Assembly: GCA_963783435.1 (NCBI GenBank)
Contig: CAWANQ010000004.1
Coordinates: 148,560 to 212,559, forward strand
From: an uncultured Bacteroidota bacterium
GTDB lineage: Bacteria > Bacteroidota > Bacteroidia > Bacteroidales > GCA-2748055
Length of the DNA stretch: 64,000 nt
Direction: 5' to 3'
Shown: in pieces, positions 10,151 through 19,119 of the stretch
How positions within the stretch are numbered: the first letter of the stretch is position 1
Layout of the letters: each line of letters starts with the position of its first letter
The notes under the pieces: model-generated
Told to the model about the DNA's origin: nothing
The model's input: the letters and a program-made list of their open reading frames with translations, nothing else
The model's database searches: none
Made by a program: the position numbers and the translations under genes

Positions 10151-11704
10151 ATGAAAAACATAGGATTACTTCTTATTGGGGCACTTGGCTTAAGTGTTTT
10201 ATTCCAAAGCTGCATATCTGAAAAACCGATAGAACAACCAAATATTCTGTTTTGCATTTCCGATGATCAAAGCTGGATACACACATCAAATATGGGTACT
10301 CCTCAGTTAAAAACTCCTGCTTTCGACAGAGTAGCAGCAGAAGGGGTCCTGTTTAACAATGCATACTGTTCTGCCCCGTCCTGTGCCCCATCAAGAGCCA
10401 GTATCTTGACCGGTCGTCATATATATGATCTTAAAGAAGGTGGTTTGCTATTTGGAGGTATACCCAGAGAAATGGTCTTATTCACCGATTTGCTTGAAAA
10501 GAATGGCTACAGTGTTGGATATACAGGTAAGGGTTATGGCCCTGGTAATATGAATGATGATCAATACTGGAACGAGGCAGAAATTTTAGGGACAGAATAC
10601 TGGGAAGAAGAAATGGATGTTCCGGTAGAAATCATGGAATTGGACTATACCAGGAGTTTTAAGGTATTCCTGGAAGAGAATAGGGAATCTGAAAAGCCTT
10701 TCTTCTTTTGGTATGGAGGATTAGAGCCTCACAGGCCTTTTTATGAGGGAATTGGTGCACAAAATGGTATTAACCCCGATAGTGTTATTGTACCAGCTTT
10801 CCTGCCTGATAATCTTGAAACAAGAACCGATGTAGCCGATTACCTTTTCGAAATTGAATGGTTCGACAGGCATTTGGCTGCCATGATGGCTCTGCTGGAA
10901 GAAAAAGGCGAACTGGAAAACACCATTGTCATCGTTACTTCCGATAACGGGATGGCTTTCCCCCGGGCAAAAGCAACATTATACGAATACGGAACCCATA
11001 TGCCATTGGCCATCATGTGGGGAGATAAAATAAAAGGGGGAAGAGTAGTGGAAGACTTTACAGTTGCTGCTGATTTTGCTCCCACCATTCTGGATCTGGT
11101 TGGAGCCGAAATACCTGAAGCAGTTACGGGGAAAAGCCTCAGGAAAATTCTTGAATCATCAAAAGAAGGGTTGATAGATCCTGAACGCGACAAGGTTGTA
11201 ACCGCTATTGAAAGGCATACTTATTGCCGTCCCGGAGGATTACCCTATCCATCAAGAGCCATCAGAAAAGGCAACTGGACCTATATCATGAATTTTGAAC
11301 CTGATCGATATCCTGCTGGTCACCCAAATTTTATTTCCATCACAGGTCAGGTATACGGAGATGTTGATGCAGGTCTCTCCCGGAAATTCATGCTTGATAA
11401 CAAAGATCTTCCAGACGTGAATAAACTCTTTGAACTTTCATTCGGCAAAAGGCCAGAGGAAGAATTATATGACATCTCAAAGGATCATTATCAAATGAAT
11501 AACCTGGCTGAAAATTCGGCATATGCCGATATAAAGGAGGAGTTAAGGAAGGAGTTGTTCGAATACCTAACAGAAACAAGAGATCCCAGAATGAAGAATG
11601 AATCTCCCTGGGATAACTACCCCTTCTTTGCAGACGGTTATGAGCACAGAGCGTTTTTACCAATTGAAAAGAGAGATACGATTATTAACGGTTTCATTCA
11701 ATAA
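10151..11704 (+). CDS. S1 sulfatase (Cys-type formylglycine)
   Basis: 517 aa with a signal peptide. NILFCISDDQS metal-binding start, FGly motif SCAPSRASILTGR, and TSDNGMAF. Confidence 0.92.
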   Translation: MKNIGLLLIGALGLSVLFQSCISEKPIEQPNILFCISDDQSWIHTSNMGTPQLKTPAFDRVAAEGVLFNNAYCSAPSCAPSRASILTGRHIYDLKEGGLLFGGIPREMVLFTDLLEKNGYSVGYTGKGYGPGNMNDDQYWNEAEILGTEYWEEEMDVPVEIMELDYTRSFKVFLEENRESEKPFFFWYGGLEPHRPFYEGIGAQNGINPDSVIVPAFLPDNLETRTDVADYLFEIEWFDRHLAAMMALLEEKGELENTIVIVTSDNGMAFPRAKATLYEYGTHMPLAIMWGDKIKGGRVVEDFTVAADFAPTILDLVGAEIPEAVTGKSLRKILESSKEGLIDPERDKVVTAIERHTYCRPGGLPYPSRAIRKGNWTYIMNFEPDRYPAGHPNFISITGQVYGDVDAGLSRKFMLDNKDLPDVNKLFELSFGKRPEEELYDISKDHYQMNNLAENSAYADIKEELRKELFEYLTETRDPRMKNESPWDNYPFFADGYEHRAFLPIEKRDTIINGFIQ

Positions 11705-11717
11705 GAATAATATCAGT

Positions 11718-13337
11718 TTACTCTTCATCTTCTTCCTCATATATTTCAATAAATTTCTGGTCAAGTGCATCTGAGTCTCCATATTTCTCTCTTAACTCCA
11801 GAAGACGCACTTTCAAATCGAGGACAGTTTTAGCATGTCCCGGATCATCATAAATATTTATCATCTCATGAGGATCATTCTCCCTGTCGTATAACTCCCA
11901 TTCGTCAATATCGTAATAAAAATGGGCCAGCTTGTATCTCTTTGTAACAATCCCGTAATGCCGTTTAACTTCATGTGCGCCAGGATACTCATAATAGTGG
12001 TAGTAGACCTCTTCCCGTGACCAGCTGGCTGTGTCACCTTTTAATAAAGGGACTATGCTCTCTCCTTGCATATCCCCGGGAAATTCAATTCCTGCTGCTT
12101 CCAGGAGTGTTTGCGCAAAGTCAAGGTTTTGAACCATTTCATCCGAGGTGCTTTCTTCCTTCACAACTCCAGGCCATCTGATTATCAAAGGTGTCTTAAA
12201 TGACTCCTCGTAGATAAACCGCTTATCAAACCAGCCGTGTTCACCCAGGAAGAAGCCCTGATCAGAGGTGTAAACTATGATTGTATTTTCGGCCAAGCCA
12301 TTTTTATCCAGATAATCCAGCAATCGGCCTACATTATCATCCACTGAAGAGATACAGGCCAGATAGTCCTGCATATACCGCTGGTATTTCCATTTCAGTT
12401 TCTCTTCATCGGTCATGAATGGCCAATTCTCCTTGAAGAACTGACTAATTGAATCGATCGTAGGTTTATACAGGCGTTTCTGCTCTTCAGTTACCCGGTC
12501 GGAAAAAGGTTCACTAAAGGAATCCCACCATTCCTCGATAAACGGAGTAACATCCTCCATCTCTTCCATCGTCTCAGGCCATATTTTGTGATCATGACGG
12601 TAAAACATGTCCCTGAAAATGGTCATCGTATTCGCCTTGGCTGCAGTACCTCTGTTTGCATAATCATCATAGAGGTTGGCAGGTTCAGGAAAGGATTTGC
12701 GGCTAAATTCCCTGAATTTATCATGCCTTGGCCACCAGGGTCGGTGGGGTGCTTTGTGCAGGTAAAACAGTAAAAAGGGTTTATCTTCTTCCCGCCTGTG
12801 ATTTAACCAGTCCAGCGACAGGTCTGTGATAATATCAGTAGCATATCCTGTTATCGTCGTATCACCCCTATTGGTGTTGAAATCAGGGTTAATATAAAAT
12901 CCTTGATCGGGTAGGATTTTAAATTCATCAATACCCTTCGGATTATTCCCAAAATGCAATTTCCCAAACATGGCCGTCTGGTATCCTGCTTCTTGAAAGA
13001 TCATGGGAAATGTTGTTTGACTTGTATCAAACAGGGTATGATCATTATCGATTTTTCCATGAACATGGGCATGCTTGCCGGTAAGTATGGTTGCCCGCGA
13101 AGGACCACATATGGAATTTGTAACGCAGGCATTGGTAAATAACATGCCCTCATGAGCAAGCCGATCAATATGCGGAGTTTGGATTAATCTGCTGCCATAT
13201 GCGCTAATCGCCTGGTAGGCATGATCATCGGTCATTATAAAAATAATGTTGGGCCGGTTAGGATCTTCAGGAATCCGGCTGTTGGTATGGCATGAAACCA
13301 TGAATAACCCGATCGTAAAAATGAAAATTGCTTTCAT
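11718..13337 (-). CDS. S1 sulfatase (Cys-type)
   Basis: NIIFIMTDDH, FGly motif ICGPSRATILTGK, YTSDQGFFLGEHG. The start is moved to the internal ATG (MKAIFIFTIGLFMVSC), which gives a lipoprotein signal and removes the overlap with the upstream gene. Confidence 0.9.
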   Translation of the reverse strand: MKAIFIFTIGLFMVSCHTNSRIPEDPNRPNIIFIMTDDHAYQAISAYGSRLIQTPHIDRLAHEGMLFTNACVTNSICGPSRATILTGKHAHVHGKIDNDHTLFDTSQTTFPMIFQEAGYQTAMFGKLHFGNNPKGIDEFKILPDQGFYINPDFNTNRGDTTITGYATDIITDLSLDWLNHRREEDKPFLLFYLHKAPHRPWWPRHDKFREFSRKSFPEPANLYDDYANRGTAAKANTMTIFRDMFYRHDHKIWPETMEEMEDVTPFIEEWWDSFSEPFSDRVTEEQKRLYKPTIDSISQFFKENWPFMTDEEKLKWKYQRYMQDYLACISSVDDNVGRLLDYLDKNGLAENTIIVYTSDQGFFLGEHGWFDKRFIYEESFKTPLIIRWPGVVKEESTSDEMVQNLDFAQTLLEAAGIEFPGDMQGESIVPLLKGDTASWSREEVYYHYYEYPGAHEVKRHYGIVTKRYKLAHFYYDIDEWELYDRENDPHEMINIYDDPGHAKTVLDLKVRLLELREKYGDSDALDQKFIEIYEEEDEE

Positions 13338-13374
13338 TATACTTACTTGTTTAATGATCGCCAAATCAGGCCTA

Positions 13375-16300
13375 CTAGCGTTTAACAACCTTTCTTTTGG
13401 CCGATTGCCCCCCGGTTTTTACTTCGACAATGTAAATACCATTCGGGAAATCACTCATACTTACCAAACCTGTCGGATTCTTATCGGTGAGCAGTAATTC
13501 ACCCACCATACTATAGATCCGGATCTTTTCAATCCCTTCGCTAGCTTCAACTCTGATTTGATCTGTTGCAGGATTAGGATAGATCAATACAGCGCTATTT
13601 CCTTTATTCTCTGAAACTGATGTGTAGTCGGGAATTGTGCCAACTGGTGCTAATTCTTCAGGCTCGAAACCAATTTTCTCAACGGTAATTACCGTTTTAT
13701 TAATACTGCTGATTTCATAACCTCCCGTTACCGGGTATGTAACCGAGTCTGAGCCGAAAGTGCCCTGAATGTAGTATTCAAAGTCATATCCGGGATCTGC
13801 CAATGAAGCCGTCATAACGTAGCTGCTGTTATTTACAGGAGTAAGTGATATTGAAGAAAATGGGCCTGATGCACCTATTTTACGATAGTACATAGTTGGA
13901 TTTGCGACGGTCCCATTACCCATAAAGATTACTTTCTGCACAAAGTTTTCATTCTCATTTATCTGGGTAATTTCAGGGTAAGCCCGTACTGCATTATCTG
14001 CTTCAAATGTCACATCACGTTCTGTAATATCATACTCTCCTTTAAATAATCTGTCCCAGGTAGACTGTTGTAATTGGGCAATAACACCAAGCTCTGAGAC
14101 ATTTCTTACGCGATTTATTTCATGTTCCATTACCTTGGCCCAGGTTTTTATTATACTATCTTTTCTGGCAGGTGTGCGATCTTCCGCTCTATAAAAATAT
14201 TCATGAACTACTAATTTACTTAACTCAAGCTGAGCTTGAAAAAAATGATACCAATACAGGTATCGATCTATATTTCCCGTTCCAACAATATCGTCTTTGT
14301 ATGAACAAAACTGGGTATATACATACATGGCGTCAATAAAGGTCGGGTCTGTATAGTCTACAATATCACCGTCGTCCAACCAAAATTCAGTAATTGAACT
14401 TGGAAGCCATCTCGCCACCTTTGGAATACCCCCTTTTAATCCTCTCCGTATTTGATGAGATTCTCCTAATCTGTCGGCCATGGCCAGAAGCGACCCTATC
14501 TCATCTGATCTCTCAGGACCAAAATTAGCCTTTGCCCAGTCCTGATAATGTTTAGTAATCCAATTTACAAAACTGGGATCCTGACTCTCCAGCGGAGCAT
14601 CCCACTTATCAAAAAAACGGTATTTTTCAGCTCCCTCTGCAATACTAAGTAAATCACCATCCACGGTAGCCTTGTTATCCCAGGATAATTTTGCGTGGGC
14701 CAAAGAGGCTGGGGCAATAGAATTAACACGCCAATGTTTGGCAACCAGTGCCTGTGTTCCGCCAGCTCTCAAACCGGCCCCTACTTCAAACCAAGCATCC
14801 ATAGCTCTTAACTGAGGTTGTACAAGTCCCCAGTCCTCTTCGTACCAAACAGAAGACCACCCTTCACGACCAGCATCGATAACCGGCTTAATTCCCTGAG
14901 CATCATCCCATAATGTTCCAAATGGAACATCTAAGGGCAAATCGTCGTGAAATTCCAGTGAAGACCCGTATCCGACACTTCCAACCCTCCAGCCAAAGGT
15001 GGCCATTTTGATTGGCGTTTCCATTTTAGTCATAACTTCATTACAGTACCTGTAATCATCCGCAACAGCCTCAATCGCTTCATCATTTGTTCGATCACCC
15101 CCATAGGTCATCGTTTCGAAAGTCCAAAGCCAGAAGTAGTCCAACGGATGGGTACGCGCAATTCGGGTAAACAGCCCTTCATACATTCTTTTTGCAAACA
15201 CTTCGTTGGTATATCCTCTTGAGGTAGGCAAGGTTAATCCATGCACCTCTTGTGCCCGGTTTTGCACATCAACAGGTGTATAGTGAACTCTGTCTTGATA
15301 AACCTCTCTGTTATGTTTTGGAAGAAAACCCATTGGAGCAGTACTGCCCAATGCTGTTTTTACACCCAGTTGTTTGGCATGTGTGAACGATTCTCTTAAT
15401 AATTCCCCCACTTTATTGAAATTTGCCGCTTTCTCAGCTGGAGTAAGCGGTAGTTTAAAACCAATAGCCTCAGATGCTGCCTCATCATATGGAAACAGTC
15501 TATCCGCTCCATTGGTGAAATCGCTTGTTTTTATGGGTTCATTACTCCATGAATGATTCGCCCGGAATGTACTGGCCCAATAAGATTCATAAGCCGCCTC
15601 TGGCTTTACAGTTCCATCACTATTGACATCATCTCTATGACCAACCCATAAATGTGGTTCCGGCCCTTCCTTTGAATAATTTATAAATTCACCGTCACCG
15701 TCTACTCCAAGCGGCCCATATTGGTCATATTCACCATATACATGTAATCCGAAGAAGTTAAAACCCATTTTGGCTTGCTGTGAAATAAATGATTTATAAT
15801 CATTTGTCTCCCAAAGATCCGGACCAGCTAGAAAATTATGAAAAGGAAGACAACCACGCAATTCAAACCAGGGTTGGGCTTTTTCATCGAAATTGCCAAT
15901 ATCCAGCGGGAAGGTCAATTTCTGATCAGGAATAACATCTCCTGCTAGATTAAAATGACAACCAATAAGTTCGGCAAACCGGTATGCTGCATTCAAGGTA
16001 GTCAGCGTATCAGCACCGACGAGTACCAGTACATTTCTACCGTCTTTATTAATTGATTTAATTATATACCCATTGCGCTTATCAGAAGCTGGAGCATCCA
16101 CATTCCCATAATCCTGTTTTAGCTCAGTAATAATCTCGCGGCTGTTTCCAGAAACTACGATAACATCTCCCTCTGGTAAACTATTATATGTGTCTGCAGT
16201 AGCGATATCCGGAGCTGTTCCGGTACGAAGAAAGATATACCTCCTTAGCTCTTTGGCAGCCTGTAATTCAGTCTTTGATCCATCGCCCGGATAAACAATT

Positions 16301-16395
16301 GTTTGGGCTCCTAATTGAGAGGCAGAGAAGAGAATGATCATAACCAGCGAAAACTGTAATGCATGTATGGTCGGGAGGTGATGGTTCTTTTTCAT
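13375..16395 (-). CDS. Large secreted glycoside-hydrolase-like protein of unrecognised family, with a T9SS CTD
   Basis: 1006 aa with a signal peptide. The N-terminal module (LNAAYRFAELIGCHFNLAGDVIPDQ) resembles N-terminal domains of GH20/GH67/GH115-type enzymes. The central region has a TIM-barrel-like character (MGFNFFGLHVYGEYD, DYFWLWTFE, WYEEDWG). The C-terminus LIYPNPATDQIRVE..GIYIVEVK is a T9SS CTD. Confidence 0.8.
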   Translation of the reverse strand: MKKNHHLPTIHALQFSLVMIILFSASQLGAQTIVYPGDGSKTELQAAKELRRYIFLRTGTAPDIATADTYNSLPEGDVIVVSGNSREIITELKQDYGNVDAPASDKRNGYIIKSINKDGRNVLVLVGADTLTTLNAAYRFAELIGCHFNLAGDVIPDQKLTFPLDIGNFDEKAQPWFELRGCLPFHNFLAGPDLWETNDYKSFISQQAKMGFNFFGLHVYGEYDQYGPLGVDGDGEFINYSKEGPEPHLWVGHRDDVNSDGTVKPEAAYESYWASTFRANHSWSNEPIKTSDFTNGADRLFPYDEAASEAIGFKLPLTPAEKAANFNKVGELLRESFTHAKQLGVKTALGSTAPMGFLPKHNREVYQDRVHYTPVDVQNRAQEVHGLTLPTSRGYTNEVFAKRMYEGLFTRIARTHPLDYFWLWTFETMTYGGDRTNDEAIEAVADDYRYCNEVMTKMETPIKMATFGWRVGSVGYGSSLEFHDDLPLDVPFGTLWDDAQGIKPVIDAGREGWSSVWYEEDWGLVQPQLRAMDAWFEVGAGLRAGGTQALVAKHWRVNSIAPASLAHAKLSWDNKATVDGDLLSIAEGAEKYRFFDKWDAPLESQDPSFVNWITKHYQDWAKANFGPERSDEIGSLLAMADRLGESHQIRRGLKGGIPKVARWLPSSITEFWLDDGDIVDYTDPTFIDAMYVYTQFCSYKDDIVGTGNIDRYLYWYHFFQAQLELSKLVVHEYFYRAEDRTPARKDSIIKTWAKVMEHEINRVRNVSELGVIAQLQQSTWDRLFKGEYDITERDVTFEADNAVRAYPEITQINENENFVQKVIFMGNGTVANPTMYYRKIGASGPFSSISLTPVNNSSYVMTASLADPGYDFEYYIQGTFGSDSVTYPVTGGYEISSINKTVITVEKIGFEPEELAPVGTIPDYTSVSENKGNSAVLIYPNPATDQIRVEASEGIEKIRIYSMVGELLLTDKNPTGLVSMSDFPNGIYIVEVKTGGQSAKRKVVKR

Positions 16396-16498
16396 ATTGC
16401 CTTAATTTAGATAAGAAAAATTAAATCAGCTACGTGGACTTTTTGATTTATACCACACCATAAATTTAATTTTGATCCCTTGCTAATTGCTGAACTAT

Positions 16499-16527
16499 TT
16501 TCCGGAATAACAGGAAATCCTTCCGAA
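16499..16527 (-). promoter_or_regulatory. Phased direct-repeat operator, site 2
   Basis: TTCCGGAA at 16500 and TTCCGAA at 16521 (21-bp phase), 105 nt upstream of the start at 16395. Confidence 0.55.
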
Positions 16528-16610
16528 TTATCAGGAGCTGAATATCCAGCCACCAACTCCAACAATTTGTGAGCTTGCAGGGATAGATTAGATATTGACT
16601 CCCTTCACTG

Positions 16611-16689
16611 TAATACATAACCGGATTTGTTATATTGCCATTACCCAGGAATATTACATTTTGTTCAAAGGACTCATCTTCATAGATCT
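16611..16689. repeat. 79-bp perfect direct repeat, left copy
   Basis: Identical base-for-base to 19345..19423 (TAATACATAACCGGATTTG...CTTCATAGATCT). It overlaps the GH3 stop codon by 2 nt. Confidence 0.95.
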
Positions 16690-19114
16690 ACTTATTCTCT
16701 TCTATAAATTTTGCGGTTAACAATTTGTTTGTGTCTACAGAAATTTTTCTTGGATTATTGCTTCCATTTAGATCTCCACTCCAACTATCAAATTTCCATC
16801 CTTCTTCTGGAATAGCAACAATTGTTATGTCAGTTCCTGCGGTAAAGCTGCTAAGTGATTTATTAATAGTAATGCTGCCTTGTCCAATTGTATTGGTTGA
16901 TATATTATATGTTATAGTATTACTTGAAGACAGCTCTATAGAAGCTGTTTTTTTTATATCAGCTGATGAGGCTCCTAGCTGAATTTGGAAAGTGCCATCT
17001 TCTACTTTCCAGCTTGAGCTAACAGTATCCCAATGTGTAAAATCATCTCTGCTTAATGTAAAATCTACGGATTTGGTCTCACCAGCTTCAAGGTTTATGC
17101 GTTTAAAAGCTCTAAGTTTTTTCGAAGGTTTTATCAGATCTGAAGTAGGACTTTTGACATAAAGCTGAACGATTTCATCACCTCCTCGATCACCTGTATT
17201 GGTTACTTGAATAGATACAGATAGCTTTTCTGAAAAGTTGGCTGCATTTAAACTTGTTGATGTTAAATTCAGGTTATCGTAGCTAAAGCTTGTATAACTC
17301 AATCCGTATCCAAATGGGAATTGCGGTTCTTCTTTAAGAAACCAATAGGTTCTTCCTTTAGAAATATCGTAATCGTTCATAGGGAAAAGCTGTTTAGTTG
17401 ATGCATAAGCTGTTTGTGAAAGTTTTCCGCCCGGATTGTAATCGCCAAATATAACATCAGCAAGCGCTTCACCTATTCCTTGACCACCATAGCTTAGAAA
17501 GAGTAATGAGTGCACGTTTGATGGCACAGGAGGCACATGAGAGCTTATTAAAAGAACAACTGTATTAGGGTTGGTGATATTTTTCAATAATTTGACATAT
17601 GTAGCAGGCATCTCTATTTTTTTCAAGTCACTACCTTCTCCTGCACCTTCGTCAGAAATAACTATAATAGCTGCATCTGCACTATTTGCTGCCTTAACAG
17701 CTGTTTGATAATCGTCTGCTTTTCTATTTTCCCATTCTGTATACCCATTGTAATGAGAAACCATTGTTTCAGGGCCAACTTTATTTTTTATCCCATCATA
17801 TACTGTTATAACATTATTTTCATCGGGCATACCATAGTAGCCTCCATATAGATTTTCTTTAGCAAAAGGACCAAGCACAACAATATTTTTTAAAGCGCTT
17901 TTATCAAGTGGTAACACCTTGTTTTTTAATAGTACAGTTCCTTCTTTGGCAATTGTGTTAGATATTTCATGGTGTTTTTTAGAATTTAATAGGGAATCAG
18001 GAATATTGTCATATGGTGTACTATCATCAAACTCTCCAAGGAGGTAACGAACAGTAAATAAACGGATAACAGCTTTGTCGATATCTTCCGGGGTAATGCC
18101 TAGAATCCCTTTTTGCACAGCACTTTCCAAGTAGGTGTTATAAGCCAAACCCTGCTCTGAGCCCTGAGCTTCTGCACATGACAAATCCAATCCAGCCATA
18201 GCAGCTAGAGCAACAGCTTCTTCGGGGTCCATACCATGCTCATAAATTAAATCTTCAGTGGCTCCGCAGTCAGAAACCACAAGACCTTTAAAATCCCATT
18301 CCGTACGTAATACATCTGTTAAAAGAAATTTGCTGGCAGAACAATGGTCACCATTTAAACCGCTATACGCACTCATAATTCCAAATGTTGGACCTTCTTC
18401 AACAGAAGTTTTGTATGCCGGGAAATAATACTCTCTTAACCACCTTTCAGGTACTATTGAATTACCTTTAGGAAATTTTGTTTGACGAACTGATTCATAA
18501 TTGTTGGCCACAAAATGTTTATGGTTGGTTACTGTTTTCAAATAGTTTGTATTACCTGCATCCTGCATACCCAGACAAAAAGCTAATGACATTTGTCCCA
18601 TTAAATAAGGGTCTTCGCTGTAGCCCTCATCGTTACGTCCCCAACGAGGATCTCTAAGTATATTAATGGTTGGAGAAAAATAGTTGAGTTTTTTTCCATA
18701 TTGGTTATGAAGTATTCTTGCTTCTGTAGAAATAGCATCTGCCATGGTCTGAATTAATTCGGGATTCCAGGTGCAGCCCATTGCAAGCGGCGCAGGAAAG
18801 ACAGTAGCTGCACGATCTTTTTCAACCACTCCATGCAATGCTTCGTTCCACCAGCCGTCCGATTCTTCAAAACCATCTGAATCTTGATATTCCAGAACTG
18901 GTGGTTCAGTTGAGACAATTGCAGGAGCCCGATGAGACATTTGGGAGACTTTTTGAGCAAGTGTCATTTGTGAAACAAGTTTTGTTGCTTTTATCCTTGC
19001 AGCTTCAATCGCTTCTGGTGATATGCTTGTCCCGGTTTGGGCTTTTACTGGTGTTATTATATTCAGTAAAGCAATTAGTAAAAAGCCTAATATGAATAAT
19101 TTTCTTGTTTTCAT
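16688..19114 (-). CDS. GH3 beta-glycosidase (beta-glucosidase/xylosidase type) with a C-terminal repeat domain
   Basis: 808 aa with a signal peptide. GH3 blocks RDPRWGRNDEGYSEDP, KHFVANNYE, and GLVVSDCGA (nucleophile Asp region). The C-terminal ~70 aa (GWKFDSWSGDLNGSNNP) looks like a bacterial repeat/InlB-B-like module. Confidence 0.92.
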   Translation of the reverse strand: MKTRKLFILGFLLIALLNIITPVKAQTGTSISPEAIEAARIKATKLVSQMTLAQKVSQMSHRAPAIVSTEPPVLEYQDSDGFEESDGWWNEALHGVVEKDRAATVFPAPLAMGCTWNPELIQTMADAISTEARILHNQYGKKLNYFSPTINILRDPRWGRNDEGYSEDPYLMGQMSLAFCLGMQDAGNTNYLKTVTNHKHFVANNYESVRQTKFPKGNSIVPERWLREYYFPAYKTSVEEGPTFGIMSAYSGLNGDHCSASKFLLTDVLRTEWDFKGLVVSDCGATEDLIYEHGMDPEEAVALAAMAGLDLSCAEAQGSEQGLAYNTYLESAVQKGILGITPEDIDKAVIRLFTVRYLLGEFDDSTPYDNIPDSLLNSKKHHEISNTIAKEGTVLLKNKVLPLDKSALKNIVVLGPFAKENLYGGYYGMPDENNVITVYDGIKNKVGPETMVSHYNGYTEWENRKADDYQTAVKAANSADAAIIVISDEGAGEGSDLKKIEMPATYVKLLKNITNPNTVVLLISSHVPPVPSNVHSLLFLSYGGQGIGEALADVIFGDYNPGGKLSQTAYASTKQLFPMNDYDISKGRTYWFLKEEPQFPFGYGLSYTSFSYDNLNLTSTSLNAANFSEKLSVSIQVTNTGDRGGDEIVQLYVKSPTSDLIKPSKKLRAFKRINLEAGETKSVDFTLSRDDFTHWDTVSSSWKVEDGTFQIQLGASSADIKKTASIELSSSNTITYNISTNTIGQGSITINKSLSSFTAGTDITIVAIPEEGWKFDSWSGDLNGSNNPRKISVDTNKLLTAKFIEENK

Positions 19115-19119
19115 AAGGA

